Source: Octopus sinensis
Taxonomy: Eukaryota
Reading direction: 5' to 3'
Assembly (NCBI RefSeq): GCF_006345805.1
Contig: NW_021836316.1
Coordinates: 3,515-67,514 of the forward strand
DNA: 64,000 bases
Position 1 is the first letter of the stretch. Each line of letters begins with the position of its first letter. The notes beneath the pieces were generated by a model. It was given only the letters and a program-made list of their open reading frames with translations. It did not search any database and was not told the DNA's origin. This document shows positions 1 through 13,932 of the stretch, in pieces. Position numbers and translations under genes: made by a program.

Positions 1-21
1 TTTTGCAGGTGTTCCCAAAAT

Positions 22-245
22 ATATTTCTTTATTGCCCACAAGGGGCTACACATAGAGGGGACTAACAAGGACAGACAAAGTCGATTACATTGACCCCAG
101 TGCGAATCTGGTACTTTATTTATCGACGCGAAAGGATGAAAGGCAAAGTCGACCTCGGCGGAATTTGAACTCAGAACGTAACGACAGACGAAATACCGCT
201 AAGCATTTCGCCCGGCGCGCTAACGTGTGTGCCAGCTCTCCGCCT
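22..245 (-). mobile_element. tRNA-headed SINE, family A (monomer)
   Basis: Reverse complement of the recurrent unit GGCGG.GAGCTGGCA...GTTCAAATTCCGCCGAGGTCGACTTTGCCTTTCATCCTTTCG...GTCGATAAA..AAGTACCAG...AAAGAAATA, seen more than 10 times in the window. Confidence 0.9.
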
Positions 246-967
246 TTCCCAAAATAATGTCAGTAAATGGAAATGGTTAGTTGGTCAGCAGATGTGTCAC
301 TATTTCTAGTAGCTTTTGGTCTCAATTAGATATTAAAGAAATATTTGACCTTTTCTTTTCAGAAGGTGAAGCTAAATCTAAGGATTTTACCCCACATTTC
401 AAACTCTTGTAATTAGTTGAGTTTATTTAGGTGTATCAGCTTTTAGTATATGGAGTTTTTAAGCATGCACATAAAAATGTAAATAGGTGGTAAGGTTAGG
501 TGGTCAGCAGATTTATTTACATGATGCAATTTAGGAAATTTTCATTTGTTATTAGGAAGGTGGAGTTTATCAGTCAGCGTTGTCATGGTGTTGTTTGTGT
601 AGAAATTTGTCTTATATTTCAATCTGAACAAAAGGTGTAAAGTTTCGTTGGTAAAGTTTGTTTGGTCAACATATTTCTCTCTAGGAGACAATTGTTCTAG
701 AAGTTATTCAATTAATATTTAGAACTTTTGACCTGTGTGTTTTAGGGAGGTAATGATTATGGGTTATACAAATAAATCTTTTGTGGTCTTTTGAAATATT
801 TCTGTTACTTTGTTTTAAGTTTAGAAGTTTGTACTTTATTGTTTTAAACTTATGAGTTTATGTAAGTGCGAAGCATTATGAAAATATGTGCATATAATTT
901 GGTATAAAAATAGAAATGATAGAACTTTCTAAGCCGTGATAGTCCACTACCATTCCTGCTTATAAGT

Positions 968-1352
968 GGAAGAAGCACTCCGTCGGTTACGACGACAAGG
1001 GTTCCGGTTGAACCGAATCAACGAAACAGCCTGCTCGTGAAATTAACGTGTAAGTGGCTGAGCACTCCACAGACACGTGTACCCTTAACGTAGTTCTCGG
1101 GGATATTCAGCGTTACACAGAGAGTGACAAGGCCGGCCCTTTGAAATACAGGTACAACAGAAACAGGAAGTAAGAGTGATAGAAAGTTGTGGTGAAAGAG
1201 TACAGCAGGGATCACCACCATCCCCTGCCGGAGCCTCGTGGAGCTTTAGGTGTTTTCGCTCAATAAACACTCACAACGCCCGGTCTAGGAATGGAAACCG
1301 CGATCCTATGACCGCGAGTCCGCTGCCCTAACCACTGGGCCATTGCACCTCC
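968..1352 (-). mobile_element. tRNA-derived SINE, family B, full length
   Basis: A box TGGCCCAGTGG and a B-box-like motif. Near-identical to copies at 19219 and 54881. Flanked by TSD TGCTTATAAGT (957-967 / 1357-1367). Confidence 0.95.
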
Positions 1353-2275
1353 ACCTTGCTTATAAGTACGTGTTTGTATGAATACACATATTTGTGAATC
1401 AAAGTGTGTGCACATGTATTTAATAACTTTTGTGTGAATCTTTGTTGAAAGTTGAAGAACTTTTAGATAATGTCTACAGTGCTTCTTTGGTACAAAGTTG
1501 TTATGTTAGCGTTTATGCATAACATGAAGATTGTGATGAAAACGGCGGTAAGAAGGGAGTGGTAAGACATTTTCCAGGTAAGTCTTTAGAGGAACATTTA
1601 GACTGAAGTGTTGTTTTTCATATGAGGGTTAGGAAAAAAAATATGTATAGAAACAATATTACAAACTGGAAGATCCAACATCTTCCACAGCAATTCTTTC
1701 TAGATTAAAATAAAACGTTTAAGAGTCATTTGGCTGTCGAATGAGATCACAGGCCTCACCAGCGATAGGTGACATCATTAGCTATTACATATTAACAGTG
1801 CTTGTTTGGTACAAAGCTGTTATGTTAGCGTTTATGTATAACATGAAGATTGTGATGAAATATGTATGTGTTCGATATATTATGCCATGAACCGGTCTTC
1901 TGTAGACCCTGTATAATATAAATATAGTACATGGTATAGTGTTCATGTTTACAGTTGCACTGGAGAGATTTTCGTTTTCCCCATTTGGTAGGTTTTGCTA
2001 GTTGTAATTGGGTAGAATTGTTTTTTTTTTGAAGTGTTAGTTGTGGAATATGATAATCTTATGTTTGTTTATTAGTTTATTATATTTGTATATGGTGTGG
2101 GGAGCTTCTGAGGAATAACTTGGTTGTTGTGGGAACTGGAACTTTTTCGCGGGGACTAGACCAACTAATTTACTTTTCTCTATTTGTCATTTATTGTGGG
2201 TGTGGTATGGTGTGGTGTTAATTAATCTGCTTTTCCTTGTAAACTATTCTATTTCGCTGAGTATTTTCTGATTGG

Positions 2276-2319
2276 AAGAAGAAGAAGAAGAAAAAGAAGA
2301 AGAAGAAGAAAAGTATAGA

Positions 2320-2351
<32 letters not shown>

Positions 2352-2457
2352 AGAAGAAAGAAGAAGAAGAAGAAGAAGAAGAAGAAGAGAAGAAGAGACA
2401 GAAGAAGAAGAAGAAGAAGAAGAAGAAGAAGAAGAAGAAGAAGAAGGAAGGAAGAAA
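2276..2457. repeat. (GAA)n/(GTA)n microsatellite
   Basis: Direct reading. Confidence 0.95.
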
Positions 2458-3092
2458 TCTTTGAGATATACTCATTCATAGGTTTTTAATTATGGTATTG
2501 TGATTGTTAGATTGTCCATATATACTCAAGTGTTCGTTATCTTGTAGGCTTTGTAGATATTGAATTTTAAGCCGAGGGTAACACCGAGAAAGTTGACTAA
2601 TTTTACTTGTGTTTCTACTGGAGTGGCCTTAAGTTTGCACAGAAGTGCTGCAGTCCTTTCCTAAATTCATCGTTTTATTTTTCGCAAGTTGTATTAGACC
2701 GTCGTAGAGAGCACATGATACGAATGAAAATTTGTTGTCTTGTTTGGTAATATGTAATAGCTAATGATGTCGCCTATCACAGGTGAGGCCTGTGATCTCA
2801 TTCGTCTGCCAATAGACTCTTAACGTTTTATTTTAATCTAGAAAGAATTGCTGTGGAAGATGTTGGAACTCCCAGCTTGTAATATTGTTTCTATTTCATT
2901 GTTTTTTGTTGTCGTTGTCTTTACGAAGTTCAAAGCAGCAACAAGAAGAGGTTTTGTTATTGACGCTTAACAACCTTTAGTATTAAATAATAATGTTGTA
3001 CTCTACAAAAATTATTGAGTAATCCTTCAGTTTAGCGTGTAATATTTTTAATATAACATAATAGAAACACAATCAGCATTATATATATATAT

Positions 3093-3147
<55 letters not shown>

Positions 3148-3149
<2 letters not shown>

Positions 3150-3715
3150 CTTGTTTCGAGACGCATAGATTATAATCGTTATTGACAATTTTGTCTTATT
3201 TCGGCATATTTGGCATTAGAATTTTTCTGTTGCCCTTATCTTATAAGTTATTTAAATATTTAACCTTTAAAGGTATTTTTTGATATACTGGCCATTGATA
3301 AAAAATGTTTTCGAAAAAACTTTTATCCTACATTAGTTGTAAATTCAAGTCTTCACTTCCGGATTCTCTCACGCTGTGAAAGTTTCTAGTTCGAATCACA
3401 TGTGTCTCGAGATGTGCCGAAGATTTTCTATTTTGGATATATTTGGGGTACTTAGGTCTGCTCAGGACTTAGTGCTTGATTTTTTCATGGGTATGAGTAT
3501 GTATTTCATTTATGTTTTACGTATTTATCGCTGAAGAGGGGAAAATTCTTATGAATTAACCCCGAAATTGGGACCAATACGGTAATAACGGATTTTTTAG
3601 GAAATTCATATCGGCTTGTTTTGAGACGCATAAATTATAATGGTTATTGACTATTTTGTCTTTTTTTCGGCATATTTGGCATTAGAATTTTTCTTTTGCC
3701 CTTCTTTTATAAGTT
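3148..3715 (+). mobile_element. PLE-type pseudo-LTR or retrozyme-like unit: ~105-bp direct repeats (3148-3250, 3613-3715) enclosing a hammerhead, bounded by (TA)n
   Basis: Direct repeat GGCTTGTTT.GAGACGCATA.ATTATAAT...TTTATAAGTTAT on both sides, hammerhead at 3526-3584, (TA)n on both flanks. Confidence 0.7.
3526..3584 (+). ncRNA. Type I hammerhead ribozyme motif
   Basis: TATCG-CTGAAGA-GGGG[18 nt]CCCC-GAAA-TTG(GGAC)CAA-TA-CGGTA. Canonical core with stems I, II and III all pairing. Predicted cleavage after A3579. Confidence 0.8.
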
Positions 3716-4357
3716 ATATATATATATATATATATCCAGACAGACATATACATATATATGTTTGTGCGTGTATGTATGTATATATCATTCTTGTTATTGT
3801 TGTTGTTGTTTTTGTTGTTATTAATGCATAACTTCATCTAACACTACTTCGAGCAGAGCTGTAATCAAACAAATTCCATAACTGTCTATCACTTATTTCC
3901 ACTGAACTTAAATCCACATTATCCAAAGCTGGATTCTAAGACTGGTCCGTGTGATTTCAGAGAAACTTGTCTGCAATTTTAATTAGGTCATTGCCTATGC
4001 ATGTAAATGCTCCCTTTCATCTAGAGAATCTCTAAGATGCCTTCCAGCCTCCTCTCCGAATCTATAGATCAATCAATTTTCTTCAAGTAACAACTTGCTG
4101 CGTAAGTAGTCACAGGAAATATTTTAAAATGTAATCCTAGATATATACTATTGGAGTTGAAGTGAGTTCGATTATTATACTACTTGATCAGGGCTAGTGT
4201 GGGTTCAATAACGGCAACACTAGCAAACATCAGCCAATAATGGAGCCACAACTTACAAGAAATAACGAATAATTAATCCTTGAGTACCATCTCAAAATCC
4301 TTCTATACAGAGTAGTTGGAAAATAAGAAGCTGTATTGAACACAGGATATCATATAT

Positions 4358-4429
<72 letters not shown>

Positions 4430-4696
4430 TTGATGGGCACCATACATGTATGCATATGTGTGTAGGTGTTTATGCTTAAGGAATGAATGTGACTTCTGTT
4501 AATACGCAAAAATCCTGAAAATATTATGAACTTTCTATTCCTACATCAAACCATCTCTTCAAATTTTAGCTACTCATACATCTTGTATATATTTCAACCC
4601 TAAGACAGTAGCCATGCTGGGGAACCGCCAGTATATATATATGTACTGGCGGTGCTACAGTTAGGGATGAAATATAAAGAAGATATATATGCTGAA

Positions 4697-5008
4697 ACCC
4701 CCTTTGGTCATGACTTACCATGGGATTGCACCTAGAAAGTTACTGTCCCAGGCACAAGTCCAGACAAGATTATTTATAGAAGACCAGCAGTCGCCCATGC
4801 ATAACGCCACCAGTGTTATCCAAGGGAAAGGCAAATGCCGATAGAGCTTGGCACATGTGACGCCGCAACTCATTTCTGCAGCTGAGTGAACTGAAGCAAC
4901 GTGAAATAATATGTCTTGCTCAAGCACACAACAAGCAGCCCGCTCCGGGATTCGAACTCACAACCTCACGATCGTAAGCTCGACACTCTAACCACTGAGT
5001 CATATACC
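4697..5008 (-). mobile_element. tRNA-headed SINE, family D (CORE-like body)
   Basis: Reverse complement matches the 11557-11893 copy: tRNA head, then GTGCTTGAGCAAGACA..TTTCACGTTGCT..AG. Confidence 0.85.
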
Positions 5009-7953
5009 TTTCGAATTGTTTTAGAATTGCTTGTCACACGGTAAGAGTTACTGTAAGCTTCCACGGGCAAACGTGTCTGTGTATAACTCAGCAATTTGCA
5101 TATTATATTAATGAGTCGCTTTTCCTGTTAAGTGAACACCTGAATGCTCATCTTCCGATATCTACGAAGACCAATTTACTTCATATTCTTCCTCTTCACC
5201 AACAAAAGAATCACAGTAGCGACTTTGATTATATAGTTTCTACTCAATTTCCATGATCCAGGCTTCAGATAGTATCAATAGCAAAGCGCTGTAAATCAGA
5301 TATTACAAATATGAAATATATTCTATATATTGTAGAAACCACCTTCAGACAAGGCCACTAATCTAGAAGCAAAGCATTTGAAGAAAGTAGCTAAAGCGAA
5401 TCGGCTATGTAGACAGGCAGTGAATTAACAGGAAGCTGTTGATCCATTTATATCTGAATGGAAAACTACAGATTTCAATAGAAATGAATAAGAGTTTTGC
5501 CACTGCTTATACAACATAATAGCATTGCGTTGAACAGAACAGAATATATTTTGCACCTATCACAACTTGTTCAACATTTCAATCTATCATTTGGAAATTA
5601 CTTCAGTTATGAATGGAACATTAGCGTGTGCGGATTAATTTTGAAATATCATTGTGAGTTCAAAGCACTTTAGCAGGATATTGCTATGTTAAATGCACTT
5701 TTAGTAAAATATTGCTTGCTAAAACCCTGACATATGTACGAGAGAAGAAAAAAATGAAGGTATTATTTCTTTATTCAAAAGATACAATCCGTTATTGCAA
5801 GAGAGAACGAGAGGGGGTGGAGAAAGAGAGGAGGAAGAGTCACGGAGAAAGGAGAAGAATAAAGCATATGAGATGAAAAAAAAACAAATAAAGAAGAAAA
5901 CACTAAAGGAATTGAGGGGAATGGATGCGTAGTAAAAGAAAGAGGAAAAAATATGCGAAAGCACTAATACAATAAAAGAAAAGCGAAATAAAAAAAAATG
6001 TAGTGTTGAAGAATGAATGAAGAAAGACAACAGAAAATAAGGCTAGGTACTAGAAAAAGAAACATATGAGTAATGAACATAAATTACATAAAAGTAAAAA
6101 TAATATAAAGCATAAAATGAAGTCAAAACCAAAAGAGTAGAGGACAAAAAGAAAAGCAATAAATGTCGATATCTTTTGGGAAGATACAATAAAAATTAGT
6201 GTTGAGGAGAAGAATACTCGAGTGAATGAAGTCTAGTATGTTAATGGAACTTATCTTTTATCGATAACAGGGATAGCTTTCAAAGTATTTGCTGATCTGA
6301 ATTGGATTTGAACTAGGAAGAATATGAGGTAAAGACGAAATATCTGAAATTAATTTTATATGACGTTGTGTATTCTACTGAACGTGATGGTTTTTGGGTG
6401 ATAAATGTCTTTCATGGAAATAAATCCTCATACATACTTTGTGGTAGGGTATCGTGGATCGGTCCCAGTATTTTGTTGGTAGAAGAGTAATAAAAGTTGA
6501 TTGCTTTTGGAAGGGTAAAATAAAAATTGGTGATGAGGAAAAGAATACAAGAGTGAATTGATTCTTGTATCTTAATGTTATTTATCATATATCAATAAAA
6601 TGCTTACATTTCAAGGAATTTTATCAGAATGGCAAATTTGATCCTGGTAGCATTTGAATTCATAAATTAAACAATTACCGCAGCTTATTTTGTCCAATGT
6701 TCCGGTGTTTCTGCCAAATCCACCGCTCTTGAATACAACAAGTATTAGGACATATTCCTTGTGGGAAAATATGCTAACAGCTTTATTAAGCAAAACAGTC
6801 GCATATGATCACGAAATGAGAAGTTCTCCCTTGTTCAAGAAAATATGTTAAAGATTATAAGAGAATATATTATTCATACGATTAAACCAACGAAGACTCT
6901 ACATAGTCATTAGTAATATCAAAAACAACAGCGAAATCTTCGTCAAAAAACGTGGTAGATGGTATTCTTAGATACGACCCATAAAGTTCACGGCGGAAAT
7001 GTATTTGTTCGTGGGTCTTCTGAATCTGTATTGATTTTGAATTTAAGGAGCATCAGTAACAGTGGAAGCAGCAACACCATCTACAGACATTAACAATATG
7101 CCAAACGTGGGAGCTTCTTAGTGGTCGTTAGAAATAACAGCTAAATTCCAGCATCTCATATTCTATCGTCTTGTAGAAGAAATATTGTATATTGTGGTCC
7201 TGTGCCTCCTAAAATTTGCTAAAAGTTGGATGCCTAGGGCTGGTAATAGGCTTGATTCAGTGTGGATTAATCTGAAACTAAACAATAATATTTACCGACA
7301 TCCTGTACATGAAGGAACCTCGACTGAAGCAACGAGAATGCCACTAAGTAGTCACAAAACTTGTTTGAAGTAACAACATACTATTCCTCAAATCAAAACC
7401 TTGAATTCAGAACCATTATGTGTGAAAGAAATGGTAGTGTAAGCAGATCTAAAAAGGTCTTCGCCATCAGTCTACCCCATCAGGGATGACCTAGGGCTAA
7501 ACAAAACAAATACATCAAAGAAATTGATTTATGTTTGAAATAAAACCCCAGGATAATACTAATGTAATTTTTTAGATCCCAACGGATAAAAGACAAAATG
7601 GAACCTAAAAAGTTTCCAAGTGAAAGCGAAGAGAGAGAGAAAGAGATGGATAGAAAAATAGAGAGATAGAGAGAAAGAGAGAGAGAGAAGAGAGAGAAAG
7701 AGAGAAAGAAATAGAGACTGTTATACAAGAAGATACTTAATCTGGCGTCCATATCGCTGTCTGGCGCTCTTTACTTTGCGAAAGAATGAGTATTGATATC
7801 TCAAATTTCTTTCATCAAAACCATAGCAAACGACTTCTGCTTGCTAATATTATCAGATCAGATGGATGGATGAAAGCAAGGATTGACCTTGGATGAATTG
7901 ATGTGTGTGTGTGTAAATGTATATCTGCTTTGCGCATGTAAGTATCTTTGTAC

Positions 7954-7954
<1 letters not shown>

Positions 7955-7994
<40 letters not shown>

Positions 7995-8126
7995 TATAGG
8001 CGTGTGTATAATGTATATATTTAGCCAAATATATGTAAATATATATTTTTACGTACGTGTGTACAAATGGGCGTATGTGCACACATGTATACACACACAA
8101 CACGGAAATATACGTACATTTACGTA

Positions 8127-8165
<39 letters not shown>

Positions 8166-8166
8166 T

Positions 8167-8200
<34 letters not shown>

Positions 8201-8296
8201 ATATATATAATTCTATATATATTATATATACATAATATATATATACTATATATATATATTACTCTGTGTTCTTTGCACTTGCTACGCTTTCATTTG

Positions 8297-8331
<35 letters not shown>

Positions 8332-8428
8332 TATATTATATACATACATACATACATATTATATATATATATATATTATATATATAATATATATATATCT
8401 ACATATATACCATATATGTATATAATAA

Positions 8429-8468
<40 letters not shown>

Positions 8469-8480
8469 CATATATATATG

Positions 8481-8517
<37 letters not shown>

Positions 8518-8530
8518 GTATATATATGCA
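7955..8530. repeat. Compound (CA)n/(TA)n/(TATATG)n microsatellite
   Basis: Direct reading. Confidence 0.95.
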
Positions 8531-8639
8531 TTTACATGCATTTGTAAATGCACGACGGAGAAAATATTCTGACATGGAAATTTTATCCTTTGTAGACACT
8601 GAAATATCTTACTTCTTGTTATTGAAATGATTCCATGCC

Positions 8640-8860
8640 ATTTTAAAGTTTACGCAGAGTGAAGGATGTGTATCTACCTTGTGAGGCAAAACTGCTGATC
8701 TTGATTCCTTTCCCTCAAGCTGGTGTACCATACTTGAACGCCCATGCGATATTTGTGATTGGTTCCCAAATGAATTTGGATAGTGCCGCCGATTTTCCAG
8801 ATGACTGTGACTCAAAATGCCACTGTATTTGTGCCGTCTGAATACATTTTCTACCACATT
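8640..8860 (-). mobile_element. Degenerate PLE GIY-YIG C-terminal fragment
   Basis: Minus frames give SAALSKFIWE and QQFCLTR*IHI, resembling the PLE motifs STALSKYIWEL and CNLCLTEKL.I. Confidence 0.45.
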
Positions 8861-9035
8861 ATACATACAACTGTCCATGCAAACGCACACACACATTTAA
8901 ATCACTCTCTCTCTCTCGATATATATATATATATAAATATAAATTGTTTTGGAATTTTTGACCTATGAGTATCTTTCTTTAAGAAATTATTGTAGAAGAG
9001 ACAAAGAAAAACAGAAAATATTATGAAGGACATAC

Positions 9036-9172
9036 AAATGGCCTCATAGTCTTCCTCTGAAGGAACGCTGCCGGAAGGAAAATTTTCAGAATTCAATAGC
9101 ATGTACGTATCTCCTGCCAATGAACCGTTGCGGTAAATGTCTTTACAGTTCGTAGCAATATCGATAAATAAA
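9036..9172 (-). CDS. Candidate internal exon; fibrinogen-related (FReD/NEC)-like N-terminal motif
   Basis: Acceptor TTATTTAG and donor T|GTATGT. Open 45 codons LFIDIATNCKDIYRNGSLAGDTYMLLNSENFPSGSVPSEEDYEAI, with a C-K-D-I-Y-x-x-G...G-x-Y-x-L pattern. No partner exon securely identified. Confidence 0.4.
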
Positions 9173-10246
9173 CTAAATAATAGATAAATATAGTTATTTT
9201 ACCGGTCTTTCACAAAGGTCAGTCGATAGATTAACCAGAAATTTCCGTTTTCAAAATAGTTTTTAAAAAAAATGTTTAAGTAGACATTAATATGAAAAAT
9301 ACACATACTGTATTACTTCATGTGTACATAACTGGTGTTTGAGTTATTTTGAAGTATTATATCAATGAAATAGTAGACATTCGAAAGCCAAAAGCAAGCG
9401 ATAGTAATTATAGTGTCATCGTTTCCTTTTAATTTCTTTGAGCGACGAGAAATATTTCGAAAATTTATAGTTGAATAGTATTGACTTCGATCTTTGTCAG
9501 ACAGAATCTCAGAATTTTCTTTACTTTCCTGCATTAATATTCTCCTTTTTAATCGCCGTTCATATTGCGTTGCTGGAGTTTCGAACGTGAATTTGAAAAT
9601 CGCTATTGTATTTCGCTCTTAGATTTGCCTTTTAGATGATGTGCCTTCACTACACAGGAGACATTGAGACCCTATAGGGTGTCGTCTCCGTTGTGTTTCT
9701 TCAGTCAAACTACATCCGGGTCAAAATATAAATATAAATTGTAACTCTTGTTTAAGGAATTCAGCAAACAAATTATTTGTTGATGTGCGCTGTTTTCCAA
9801 ACCGATAATTAAGCATTATGTGTACGGTAAACAGTATCAACATACATATTTAATTCTTAATATGTCCCGCAGCACACCGCAATTATCTCAAAGTTCCTTT
9901 ACCTTTATGAATCGAACAGGTTTTGAAAACCTATCCTCCAAAGAAAGAAGTTGATCATCAAAGACGAAATATAACAAAAATAAATATATTTTTTGCTCTA
10001 TAATGGAAAAGTTGAAAGCGATGTTACTTTTGCAGAAATTCTTTTTTCTCGAGAACGGCATGTTTTTGCAATCGGAGTCGGTCGCATTTTCCTTCGTTCC
10101 TTCAATTTACATTCTCATTAAACAAAGATATTCGCAATAAGTTAAAAATTCAATTTGAATAATTGCTAAATAATCCATCCATCTTTCTTGCCCAAATGCT
10201 TGCCACTGCACACTTTGTGCGATTTCCTTTCGTTTGAAATATTTAA

Positions 10247-10248
<2 letters not shown>

Positions 10249-10337
<89 letters not shown>

Positions 10338-10460
10338 GCTAGCTAGCTAGCTATCTACCTACATACATACCTACCTACCTACCTACCTACCTACATACAT
10401 ACATACATACATGCCTATCTATCTATCTACCTACATACATACATACCTATCTATCTATTT
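10249..10460. repeat. (TATC)n/(TACC)n/(TACA)n microsatellite
   Basis: Direct reading. Confidence 0.95.
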
Positions 10461-11556
10461 ATCTACCTCTCTATCCGTATAATAAGCGTGTGTGTGTGTA
10501 TATATATAAATATATATATGTGTGTGCGTGTGTGCGTGTGTGCACCAATGAATTCATATCGCTGTTATATATCACTATCATATATCGGGGTTAATATCAA
10601 TTCACACTCTCAAAGAATAAAAAAACTCGTAGCCCCATCAAATTATTAAACGTCATGCTAACTCTTTCTTCTTCACTAGACTGGATCCTCCTCCTACTTC
10701 ATGCTAGTCCATCTCTCGTTTGAAAAAGTATTCATAAAATGTTTAGAGTAACTTGGCATTAGACTGCCATGTGCACTTATCGATCAAGTACAACAAACTA
10801 GAGCAAATCTGTTAGTATATTTTCGTGACTGTGAAATTGTGCAACAGAATAAAACTGCAGCAAAAAAGCGAATTACATGCCTTGAAATCAGACTGGGTTC
10901 ACAGAAATTAGTAAATCGCATGCTATTAATAAGAGCAGATTTAGCTTGAAGGAACCATCATAATGCAAATGTCACCACAAGTATTTGTTGTGAAAGACTA
11001 GACACTAACATCATGTTGTCAAGATGTGAACTTAAACACGAAAATCTTGTGTATACATGTGTGCACTTGAGCATATACGTACATGTAATCCTACAAATTT
11101 TGTGCAGTAGCACGCACTAAGAGGGAAATAATTGAAAATACTTGTTAAAACAAAAATACAAGTTCCAATCCAGAGGAGATACGTTGTTTATTCACGTCTA
11201 TCATAGCCATTTACCATAAATCAATTAATTTTAAATTTAATTTCTTCTGTCTCGTTATTTGAACCCAATATTTGTGTCTGTTGCAAATGTTCTCTTTTCA
11301 ATGACGCTACCTCCTTAAAAATTATTTTAGGTTTTAGTGAAATTACCGTAAGTATATAACTGTATAAATAGCGAATGTGAAAGAAAATATTATCAACACA
11401 GTATAAAATAATTAATTCATACTGTGATATTGTAGCTTTGAGGTCTTCGTTTTATCATATGAATGTGTTTATATCTATTATATCTATGTTTGCATACATT
11501 CACTGATTTACCCATTCTTTTAGGCTATTTTGAACGCTTATATTTAAATTTAGTGA

Positions 11557-11893
11557 AGGCACATGGCTCAGTGGTTAGAGCGTCAAGCTTGCGATCGTGA
11601 GGTTGTGAACTCGAATCCCGGACCGGGCTGCGTGTTGTGCTCTTGAGCAAGACACTTTATTTCACGTTGCTCCAGTTAACTCATTTATAGAAATGAGTTG
11701 CGACGTCACAGGTGCCAAGCTGTATCGGCCCCTTTGCCTTTCCCTTGGATAACACTGGTAGCGTGCAGAGGGGAGGCCGGTATGCATGGGCGACAGCTGA
11801 ACTTCCATAAAACCACCTTGCCCAGACTTGCGACTAGGAGGGTAACTTTCTAGATGCAATCCCATGGTCAGTGTCGTGACCTAAGGGGGTCCC
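11557..11893 (+). mobile_element. tRNA-headed SINE, family D, full length
   Basis: A box TGGCTCAGTGG, B box GAACTCGAATCCC, CORE-like TTGAGCAAGACACTTTATTTCACGTTGCTCCAG. Confidence 0.9.
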
Positions 11894-12329
11894 CGATTTA
11901 AATTTACCCCTTCTTAATCTTAATAACATTATATTTACACCAAATTTTATTACTGAATTCTTCTATGGATTTATATTTTAATCAACAAATTCGTGCTTAC
12001 GTCATTTTTCTCATCTGTGTAACTTAATTTACTGTAAATAACCTCAGAAGCATGTTGTTCTAGCATACGAACTCCCAGCAGTAAATGTTAGCATCGAATA
12101 TGGCAGCATATATCCTCAAATTCAAATAACCTTTATATTGCATTTCATGTATATTGCAGCTTCTTGTTTTCGCTTCTGTTTTTTTTCCTGATCTAATTTT
12201 ACTTCATATTTCCTTTTTAATATGAATATTGATTCATATATGTTTTTTCCTAATAAATATTGAGCAAAGATTAAGCAATAACTAAGTTATTCGGAGCAAT
12301 TTTTTTATCATGTTTAACTTATCTCTGAC

Positions 12330-12382
<53 letters not shown>

Positions 12383-12470
12383 TATATATTTAATTTATGT
12401 ATATACAATACAAATATATAGTTATATATATAACGAGTAACAACAAAAATGATATATACGTATGTGTATA

Positions 12471-12516
<46 letters not shown>

Positions 12517-13932
12517 GTGTATATGTGCATATATATATTATTTATTTATAAGTATATATATATGTATGCGTATATATATATATATATATATTTATTTATA
12601 TATGTGTTTCTTTTCTTCTTTTTGCTATTTGTTTGCTTGTACCTACAACTACATATTTCATATATTAAATATTAACCTTTTCTCAAAATTGCTCTTCCAA
12701 CTGATGCAGAAAATAAATGGTTAAGAAGAGAATGTTCTAATCATGGAACATAAGTTATATTGCGTCTACCAGATATAAAAATATGCCAATATCAGACCTA
12801 TATTAAACATTTGTATATTAATAAGTTTAAATTTCCAATTTACTGTTTTATTTTTAAGTATGTAATTTATAGATTTATATGAAATTTGTAAACTTAAAAC
12901 ATAAAAGCAATTTTTAATCAAGATAACGCAATAGAATTTTACGGGAATAATTTTGCTTTCAGAATTATTCTTGTAGTCTATCGTATCTACAATATCCAAG
13001 CACACATTCCCACAATATAAAGATATATTTAGCGGAAGAATTTGTCTCCGTTTCTATAAATTTGTGTTCGGTCACACTCTTATTGTGTTATATAGGGTTG
13101 CTTATTTGTGTCTTTATTTCTTTATTTCAGATATGTTCTTGAATGTGTGCCTTTAGTAATATGTAATAGCTGGAATTAGTTTTAGTTTTAGAAATGTCCG
13201 ATATTACCGGAGATTTCAAAATTACTACTGTAATTCCAAGTTAGCATTTTTAAAACATAGATTGACACAAAAAGGCAACTATGGTAATCATAAAGACTCA
13301 GCAAATTGTGATGAAAGTATATTTTGAGTAAAGGATTTCGGAGAATAACCGTTATAAATAGAATATACATATGCTTAGCGCAAATTATATAAATGAAGGC
13401 ATATTTAGATATAGCTAAAACGAAGAGACACAGATACATTAACATTCATAAGCAGAATTTACTTCTTATGCCCCATATCATTAAAATAACCTAAACGAAT
13501 GGATAAATCCCATATCAACTTCAGACACTAACATGATTCTAGTACTTAAGCATTTCTAAAAAGATCGTACGCCAATGAATGAGAAATAAAAGAAATTTTT
13601 ACGACGATTATATACGTATTTGTCTTAAAATTGCATCATAGAGGAACAGTCGAAAAACATTCATGGATGCTTACATACAAGATTTCCTACACTTATGCAC
13701 ATACACATCAATTATTTCACATATCTGTTAACACTGAAACAAAGAAATCTGAAACAAAGAAATCTTGACACTTTGATAACGACAGATTCAAATTCTGCTA
13801 TGGGCACTCATTAGTTTTTTGCAGTCAGGCACGGCTTTGGCATAACTTCATGAGTCAGTTTTTCGCTTGGGCTTGCCATTTATTATGATTAGCTTCTTTC
13901 CATATCATATTTCTTTTTGCCCTATATTTTGC

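Larger units (their letters stand above)
260..2894 (-). mobile_element. Degenerate, rearranged Penelope-like retroelement (RT + GIY-YIG remnants), interrupted by a SINE and a (GAA)n tract
   Basis: Minus-strand translations give IETIL..SN.FHSNSF, LYDGL, LVNFLGVTL and YTGSTEDRF..Y.EH. These resemble the PLE RT motifs (YRDDGL, VNFLDVTL) and the GIY-YIG YIG..E..F..RY.NH motif. Many stops and frameshifts. The 260-950 part is weaker. Confidence 0.65.
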
